DNA of 64,000 bases, taken from Elusimicrobiota bacterium. GTDB taxonomy: Bacteria; Elusimicrobiota; Elusimicrobia; UBA1565; UBA9628. The notes under the pieces were generated by a model that saw only the letters and a list, made by a program, of their open reading frames with translations, did no database searches and was not told the origin of the DNA. The stretch lies in the NCBI GenBank assembly GCA_016191335.1, contig JACPOW010000010.1:34469-98468 (forward strand), in the 5' to 3' direction. The position numbers and the translations under genes are program-made. Of this stretch, positions 34,423 through 43,400 are shown in pieces (the first letter of the stretch is position 1; the number at the start of each line of letters is the position of its first letter).

Positions 34423-37400
34423 TTATCGCGAGGCGAGGCGGCGGACGAGGGGGGACTCGCCGGGCATGTTGGGGACGAGGTCCTTGAGGGCCTGCTCGGC
34501 GGCGCGGCGGGCGGCGAGGGCGGCGGAAAGGGAGGCCTGGGCGGCGGCGAGCTCGGCGTCGAAGGCGTCGGCCTTGGCCTCGGGGCGGGCCTCGAGCCTC
34601 TTGAGCTCCTCTTCGTAGAGGCGCAGGCGCGCGTCCTGGCCCTCGGCGCCGAGCTCGAGGAGGTAGCTCATCACGACGCGGTCGGTGGCCGCGCGGCGCG
34701 GGTCGGCGGAGAGGGTGCCGCCGTCCTCGCGGGCGCCGAGGCCGAGCTCGGCCAGGGCGGCGAGGAAGGCGGCGCGGCCGGTCTCGGTGCGGACATAGGC
34801 CTCGGCGTAATTGCCGGCGCGGCCGCGCACGGTCTCGAGCGTCTCGCGGCGGGCGCCGCCGCGGAAGGCGGAGAGGGCCTCGGCGCGGGAGGCCTCGCGG
34901 TCCTCCTGGGCCCAGCGAGCCTCGCGCATCAAAGCGCCGGAGCCGAAGATGAGGTTCAGGCGGCCGTCCACCGTGCTCGGGTCCTTGGAGTACTCGCCCT
35001 CGCCGGGGTTGAGGGCGCCGTCGTTGTCCACGACCGCGGGGAACTGGCTCGGGTCGAAGTAGCGCTGGACCGGGTCCGGGAGTATTCCGAGGACGTCGAT
35101 GGCGTGGAGTAGGGTCCCGCCGGGGCCGCGGCGGACGGACGCCCCGCCCTCGCCGCGGCGCGCGTAGACGCCGCCGAGGTAGCCGTGCTGGTTCGGATCG
35201 CGCCCGGTGATCAGCTCGATCGGGATCTGCACGACCCCGCGAGGAAGCTCGAAGAGGAGGTCGGGCCACTGGCCGGGGGAGTAGGCCCATCGCCGGGCCG
35301 CGGCGGCGGCGCGGCGCGCGGAGGAGAGGCGGGCCTCCTCGAGCTCGCGGCCGAGGGTCACGGAGAAGCCGGTCTCCGGGTCGATCCAGCGCTTGGGCTT
35401 GGCCGTGGGGGCGTACTCCGCGTCGGTGTCCTTCCACACGCGGCCGGAGGCGTCCTCCACCCACCAGCCGCCGGCCTTGCGCGACAGGGACTCCTTGTCG
35501 TTGAAGACGCGGCGCACGCGGCCCTGCGCGTCGGTCTCGAGGGCCAGGGGCGCCTCGCCGAGCCAGGTCGCGGCGGTCCCGCCGAGCGCGATGGTCCTCG
35601 AGCCCACGCGGGCGGCGACGACCGTGCCGTCCTCGCCCAGGCCGACCGACAGGTCCGCGGTCTTGTGGAAGGTCCACTTGTGAGCGGGGTCCTTCGGGTC
35701 GCGGGCGGCGTCGGCGGCCTTCTTCATCTCGTCCTCGTCGAGGTACACGGCGGCGACCTCGCCGCCCTCGTCGAGGGCGAAGCCCCACGAGGAGAGCTTG
35801 AGCTTGAGCCAGCCGGCGCGGCGCGCGGACAGCGCCTGGGCCTTGGCCTCGGCGGCCAGGGCCAGCAGGCCGGCGCGGCCGAGCTCGGCGCGGCGGTAGG
35901 AGGCGGAGGCGCCCGAGGACTCCAGCGCCTCGAGCGAGGGATAGGCGGAGGGGTCGGGGGCGGGGCCGTCGACGCGCACGAGCGAGATCAGCTCCGACGG
36001 CGCACGAAGCCGTGCCGCGGGGACGGGGACGGCCTTGCGCAGGCCGGTGCGCGGGTCGGGGCGGGCCTCGAACCACAGCACGCGCCCCTCGCCCTCGAGG
36101 CGGCGCAGGTCGCCCAAGGTCAAGGACGAGCCGGCGGCGCCGCCGTCGAGCACGACCTCGGTGCTCGTCAGGGCCCGGTCGAGGGCCGCGCGGCGGGCGG
36201 CCTCGGCGCGGCGGGAGCGCGCCTGCGCGAGGCGCTCGCGGGCGGCGTCGTCGCCCTCGACGACCTCCGACCACCCCTGGCTCAGGGCCTCGTCGGCGGT
36301 CGCCGGCGCGCGGCCCACCCAGAGCTCGGGGGCGACGAAGCGCCGGCCGGCGAGGTCGCTGACGCGCCCCGCGGCCTCGAACTTGCGGACGTCCGCCGGG
36401 GAGGACCAGGTGACGCCGTCCTTGCTCCGCAGGGCGACGAGCGCGGGCAGGGCGTCCGTGCGGCCGATCCAGCGCGCCTTCATGCCGCGCAGGAAGGCGA
36501 CGGTCTCCGAGGCGGGGGCGATCTCGCGCGTCTCGGAGGGGTCGAAGCGCAGGGCGAGCAGGCGGGATTCGCCGAGGGCGATCGCCGCCTCGAGGGTCAG
36601 GATACCGCGGCCGTACTGCAGGCGGTCGCGGCGCCGGGCGAGGCTGGCGCGCACGCCGAACAGGCCGTCGAGGGAGCGCGTCCAGGCGGCGTCGGCGGCC
36701 GCCTCGGGCAGCTCGAGCGTGCGGGCCAGCTCCGCGTCGAAGGCGTCGAGGGCGGAGACGTAGGCGTCGAGCGCCTTGTCCTTGAGCAGATGGTCGGTCG
36801 GCGAGCCGGAGCGCGACAGCCAGGCGGCCTGCGCCTCGCGGCGCAGGCGGGAGACCGTCGCGTCGAGCTCGATCAAGCGGCGCACGGGCTTGTCGAGGGC
36901 GGGCGGCGCCTTGACGGCGGACCAGTAGACCAAGGAGAGCTCGGCGTTCAAGGCGCCCTCGGTCGCGAGCACCGAGCCCTCGGCCTCGGCCGCGGCGCCG
37001 GCCTCCTGGCGCAGGAAGCCCATCAGGCCGGTCCACGACGAGCCGCGCGAGGGATCCGCGGCCTGCATCTCGGCGAGTATGCGCTCCAAGGTCCCCTCGA
37101 TGAGGCGGCGGCGGCCCTGCAGGTCCACCTTCATCAGGCGCTCGAGGCGCTCGGCGGGGTCGTAGTCGTTGCTCTTGACCGCCGCCTCGTCGCGGGCGGC
37201 GATCCGGTAGCGCTCGACGAGCACGCGCAGCTCGGCGCGGATGGACTCCGGCGCGCCGGCGAGGAGCTCGTCGTTGCGGCGCTCGAAGTCGGCGTCGAGC
37301 AGACGGTCGGCCCACCAGGCGAGCAGGCGGGCGCGGGCGGTGCGCTCGGCGGGCTCCAGGGGATCGCGCCCGCCGTCGGCGGAGCGGGGGCGGGCGTAGA

Positions 37401-40400
37401 CGGAGGGCGTGACGCCGAGGGCGGAGAGCTCGGCGGTGAGGCGGGCGAAGTCCTCGGCCAGGGCCTGGGTGCCGGCGACGAACTCGAACTGCGCGCGGGA
37501 GGTCTCGGCCTGGGCGTCGGCGATCTCGGAGACCGGGGAGAGCTTCAGGCGCACGCGCTCGACGGCGCCGAGCAGGTTGCGGCGGGCGGCGAGCTCGCGC
37601 AGCCGGAGCGCCGCGACGAGGCGCGTCTTCTCGGCGACGGAGGCCATCAGCGTATGAAGGAGGAGGGACAGGCTCTGCAGGCGCCGGGAATCCTCGAGCT
37701 CGCGGCGCAGGGCGTCGTCGATGACCTCGACCAGGCCGGCGCGCACGCGCTCGGGGTCCGGCGCCTCGAGGAAGGCGCCCTGCACCCACGAGCCGCGGAA
37801 CAGGCCGATCGCGGCCAGCGGCGTGAAGCCGCGCGAGCTCATCTTCTCGGCGAGGAGGTCGGCGCGCAGCTGGGGCAGGCGGTCGCGTCCGGCGAGCTCC
37901 TCGGGAAGGCCCTGGGTGAACAAGGTCTTCTTGAGGAGGTCGAGGTCGAAGGCCTCGGCGTCGGCGACCTCGCGCGCCGCGGCGGAGGCGAGGTCTCCGT
38001 CGGCCGACGCGGGGAGCAGAGCGAGCAGGGCTTCGGGGGGCGTGCCGGGGGGAAGGCGCAGGAACGCCGCAGTCTCGGCGAGGTCGCGGGCCACGCGCGC
38101 GCGCGCCTCGGAGCCGATGCCCACGCCCTCGGACCAGCGCATCAGCGCCGCGTCGAAGCGCAGGCGCGCGAGCGCCATGTCGGCGCGGGCGCGGGCGGCG
38201 GCGGCCCCGGAGCGGCGGACCTCGTCGGCGCGCTCCTCGCGGAGCTTGGCCAGGGCCAGCATCGCCTCGGGCGGGGTGGACGGGCTGCGCAGGCGCGCCT
38301 CCATCCAGCCCTCGACGAAGCTCCGGCCGACGGGCTCCCCGCCCAAGGTCTGGCGGTGGTCGTAGAAGCGGATCGAGCCCATCGCGTCGAGCGGGGGCCC
38401 CGCCTCGAAGGCGCCCAGGTCGCGGGAGTCGAACTTCGGGGGTGTCTGGCGCAGGGCGGCCTCGCGCAGTCGGTCCTGGAGCTCGGCGTACGAGCCCGGG
38501 ACGCTCGCGGCCTCCTCGGCCTGCGCGCCGCCCCAGACGGCGATCTGCGCGCGGACCATCGCCTCCTGGCGCTCGAGCTCGAGCGCCTGCGCGCGGGAGG
38601 CGGCGTCGCCGCGGCCGGCGAGCGCGGCGCGCGCGGCGCGGATGCTGGACAGCTCCGAGGAGAGGGCGGAGCGCATCGCGGGCAGGGCCTCGTCGAACGC
38701 CTCGAGGGCGCGCTCGGCGGCCAAGGTCCGCTCGCGGGCGATGGCGACGATCTCCGGGGAGGGCAGGCCGTCGCCGGACAGCGCCGCGATCAGGCGGCCG
38801 AGCGAGCGGCCGACCATCGAGATCGGGTCGAGGCGCAGGCGGTCCACGCGCAGGCCCTTGTCCACCGCGGCCTCGACCGAGCGCGCGATCTTCAGCCGCG
38901 ACTCGAGCGCGTCGCGCGACGCCGCGGCGGGATTCAGCGCCGCGGAGCGGGCCGCGAGCGAGGCCAACGCGGTCTCCGCGTCCACGGTGAGCAGGAGCCG
39001 GGAGTCGAGCGGGCGGCCGAGCAGGTGGTTGGCGGCGACCTGGGACTCGCGCAAGCGCGCCGTCAGGTCGGACAGCTTGGCCCGGGCGGCCCTCAACTTT
39101 TCCGCGGCCCCGGGGCTGCCGTCCTGGGCGGCCATGAGGGCGGGGATCAATTCTCCTTCGTAGAGAGCGATCTGTTTGGCGGCATAGGAGGCCTCGAGCA
39201 GCGCCCGCGTCAGGTTGAGCGCCATGTCGGCGGCGGCCTTGTCCTGGAGGCGCGTGTACATGTCCGCCTCGGCGCCGCGGCGCCCCGCGTCGAGCTGGCG
39301 CAATTCCTCGGGGGCGAGCTCGATGCCGACGACGGGGAGCACCGCGAGGCCGGTGAGGCCGAAGGCGGGGATGAGGGCGACGCCCGCCGCCGTGATGTTC
39401 GCGCCGACCGAGAGGTCCACGTCCACCTTGCGGATGCGGCGGTCGGAGGCCTCGAGCAGCTCCCGGGCGGCCTGCGAGCGGCGGGCGAGGGCCTCCCAGG
39501 AGGCCGACTGGGCCACCGCCTGGTCGAAGGCCGCGTTCATGTCCTTGGGCTCGGCGCGCGTCTCGCCGGCGGGGCTCAGCGGCTGGCCCGCGGAGTCGAG
39601 GGAGGCCCAGGCGTCCTGGAGGGAACCCTCGATGCCGAAGGTCAGAGCGTCGGTCGCCGCGTCGAGCCAGCGGCGCGCGCGGGCGCGCAGCTCGGGCGCG
39701 CCTATGAGGGCGTTGCGGTACAGGCGGATGCCGTCGGAGAGCTCCAGGCGCGCCGCGGAGGCCGCCTCCTCGGCGCCGCGGGCGCGCTCGTTCCAACCGC
39801 GCGCGGAGATGCGCTCGGAGCGGGCGCGCAGGCGCGTGGACTTCAGGCGGGCGGCCATCTCGAGCAGGCTCGCCTGGGACTGGAGAATGAAGGACTCGTT
39901 GACCTTGCCCTTGGTCGGGTCGTAGATCGGCAGGCGCACGGTCACCGCGACGCCGAGGGCCTGGCTCGACATCAGGTCGGGGAGCTGGGCGCCGACGCCG
40001 ATGGTGAACTTCTCGATCCAGGGGATCCAGTCGAGCACCGCGAGCGAGGCCTCAGGCACCTTCATCGAGGTGCGCGCGCGGGAGAACAGCGCACCGAGAC
40101 GCTCGGGGGACGCCAGCGCGCGGGAGACCAGGCGCAGGACGCGGTCCAGGTCGTTGGGGTTGACGCCGTCGAAGGGCAGCGGCTCCTCGGGGCCGCGGCC
40201 GGTCAGGGCCGAGTAGCGCAAGGTCGCGCGGCGCAGGGCGTCCGTCGCCTCGATGACCCGGACCTCGGCCTCGGCGCGCAGGACCTGGTCGTCGGCGTGC
40301 GCCGCGAGGAACACCGCGAGGTGGCGGCGCCACTTGGCGAGCGCGATCTCCGCCAGGGCCGACTGCCAGGCCTTCGCGGTGTCGAGCAGTTGTTCCTCGA

Positions 40401-43400
40401 GATCGAGGCCGAGGGCGAACAGCGCGGCGCTGCGCGCCTCGACGAGCTCGCGCTGGCTCTTGCTCAAGGTCATCTCGGTCTGGGTGCCGACCTGGAAGCC
40501 GCCGCCTGTGGCGCGCTCCGCGGTGCCCGGGCCGACGGGGCCGGAGACGAAGCCGACCATCGCGCGCTGGCGGATGTTGTCGAGGAAGGCGCCGGACTTC
40601 TGCAAAGTCGCGACCTCGCGGGAGAGGCGGCCGATCTCGAGGACGATCAGGCGGCGGCCCGCGTCGGCGTCGAAGGCGCGGGCGAGCTCGGCCAGGGCCG
40701 GGTTGTTGGCCTCGTCGCGGGCGAAGAAGTCGGAGAGCGCGGCGTCGAACTCGGCCATCGTCTTGCCGCCGCGCAGGTCCTCGGCCGCCGCGCCGGTCAC
40801 CGAGCGCCACAGCTCGCCCAAGGTGTAGGTGGACTCGAAGGAGACGGCGAGGCGGTCGTTGAGGCCGATGTAGCGGCTGCCGTAGGACAGCGCCAGCTCG
40901 GAGTTCTCGCCGGTGCGCTTGCGGACCTCGGCGAAGTAGGCGGCGCCCGAGCCGGCGAGCTTGCCCTGGGCGTTGATGGTCCAGCCGAGGTCCGGGATCT
41001 CGTAGGAGAGGCGGCCGTTGAAGGAGTCGATGCGCTCGCCGCGCTCGGCGCCGCCGCCGACGGAGAGCCGCGTCTCCCGGCCGCCGACGTCGAAGGTGAA
41101 GCCCTTGAGGATGGTCGCGCCCAGCGCCTGCTGGGTCAGCGGATCGGTGCCGCCGGTCTTCGAGTAATAGAACTCGAGGTTGAAGGTGTCTTTCTGGTCG
41201 AGGGCGGCGGCGAGGTCCACGCCGACGCCGAGCTTGGAGCGCGTGTACTCCCGGTCCTGGCCCCGGCCCTCGATCAGGAAGCTCTGGTCGAGCGTGGGGT
41301 CGTAGCCGGTGAAGTCGAGGTTGACCTCCTGGAGGAAACGGCGCGGGTCCTTGGCGAACAGCGCGGTCTGCTCGGCGCTCAGCGAAAGCACCTTGTTGAA
41401 CTTGATCTTGGACTTGAGGTTGCCGCCGTAGTAGGACGGCTTGCCGCCGGAATCGTTGGCGGCGAAGTCCGCGAAGCCGGCCGCGCCGAAATACACCTTG
41501 CCGTCGGCGACCATCAGGGCGAAATCGTCGAAGACCATCATGCGGGCCTCGCGCGCCTGCGAGCCGACCGTCAGGTCCGGGGGGATGTCCTGGATGAACT
41601 TGTGGAAGGTGACGTCGAGGTAGTTGACCATGCGGTCGCTGTCGAGCGACTCGACGCGCACGGTCACGCCCTGGTCGCCGAACGGGGCGTTGCCGGCCGA
41701 CGGGGGGCTGGCGAAGCGGTAGCCGACGACGCTGACGTTCTGGCCCCACAGCTTGAGCGCGTTGCCGAAGGTGACCTGCTGCGCGGTCTCCAGGCCCCCG
41801 GGGGTGGAGAACTCGCTCTGATAGACGAGGTAGAAGCCGTCGGTGCCCTCGCCGACCTCGACCATCTTGGTGCCGGGCAGGAGCTGGGAGAGGGCGCGCG
41901 GGTCCTTCAGGATCTGCTCGCGGATGGCGACGAGGTCGCGGGCGGCCGCGTCGGCGGAGAGCGCGCCGAAGAGCTGGGAGAGGAAGCGCTCGAACTGGGA
42001 CTTGGGTATCACCATCGTCTGCGGGCCGCCCCGGTTCTCGGCGAGCCAGGCGGGGCCGGTGCGGCCGACGGCGGTCACGCGGGAGGCGAGCTCCGGGGAG
42101 AGGCGGCCGAGGTCCCCGACGGGCTCGAGCTCGCGATCGAGGGCGACGCGCTCCGCGCCGAGCGCCTTGAGCGTGTCGGCGACGGCTTTCGCGGCCCCGT
42201 CGCGGGCGCGCTCGGCGCGGCGGGCCTCGATGTTCGTCTCGAGGACGCCGCGCGTTTTATCCTGAATAGCCGAGATGTTCTGGGCGACGCGGGAGAGGGC
42301 GGACTCGTTGGGGTTGTCGAGCTGCTGGAGCCAGCCGACGACCGTCGTACGCTGTTCCTGGATCCCCTTGCGCGACTTCGCGAGCGCGTCGCGGAACTCG
42401 AGGGCGGCCTTGCGCTCGGCGTCGAGGGCTTCGTCGCCGGAGGAGTACACCTCGCCGAGCGTGTCGTAGTAGGTCTGCACGCGGCCGACGGTGCCGACGC
42501 CTTCCTGGCTCCACTGGGTCTTCTGGCCGAAGAGGTCGGCGCCTTCGCGGGCGACGACGGACAACGAGTCGAAGGCGGAGACCTTGCGGGCCAGGACGGC
42601 CTCGCCGCCGGTGAGGTCGCCGCCGACCCAGGCGAGGTCGGCGTCGAGGTCGGAGAGGCCGGCGTTCAGGCCGGCGGCGGCGCGGGCGAGGAAGGCTTCG
42701 AAGACCGGGATGCGGTCCTTGAGGTACGCGTCGGAGGTCGAGACGAGGGCGTCGGCGAAGAGGAAGCGGGCGAGGCTCTCCGCGTAGGAATCCCCGTTGA
42801 CGGAAGCGGTGGTGGGGACGAGGCGCTTGATGGCTTCCAAACCAAGAAGGGCGATCTTCTGGTTTTGGGAGACGTCGAGAGGGGGCTGGGTGCCGGTGGG
42901 GATGCCGGAGCCGCCGCCGACGCCCAGCTCGGTTCCGCCTGAAGCGGCGAGGGCCGCGTCGGCGACCGCCTTTATGGCCGACGCCATGTTCTGGAGCGTC
43001 CGGGCGTCGGCCATAGAAGTAAGGCGCGGGCCGGTGGAGGGGGATTCGGGGTCGAGATCGGTGGGGAGCTTATACTTAACGGCGAACGAATGTTGATTCG
43101 ACGTGAGACCGTCGAGCTGCGACAGAATATTGTTAACGGCAACGGCGGTGGCGTTCATTTTGACGGCCCTTCCACGGCGTTCCTCGCGGTAAACGGCGGC
43201 GCGACGGACCAGCGAATAGGGAACGGATTCGCCGTAAAGATCCTCCATCTCGGTGTTCGCGGGATCTTTACGGCGTCTCATGGAGTCTTGATAATCGACG
43301 ACGATCTTTTTGTAGTCCTCGTATTGCTTGCGCACGGAGGCGATGCCGGCGCGGGCTGCGCCCGCGTCGTAGGCCTTGGCACCGTTGGATGCGAGACCCC

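Noticed and set aside
34295-39796. 1,833-aa minus-strand ORF overlapping the giant gene in another frame
   Set aside because: Translation is Arg/Pro/Gly-rich low-complexity with no signal or motifs, typical of an off-frame reading of high-GC coding DNA. The 3,846-aa frame has signal peptide, diverse composition and TolC-like motifs.
35185-42942. 2,585-aa plus-strand ORF antisense to the giant gene
   Set aside because: Antisense-type Gly/Ala/Arg/Glu/Val low-complexity product with no start context. High GC suppresses stop codons on the opposite strand.
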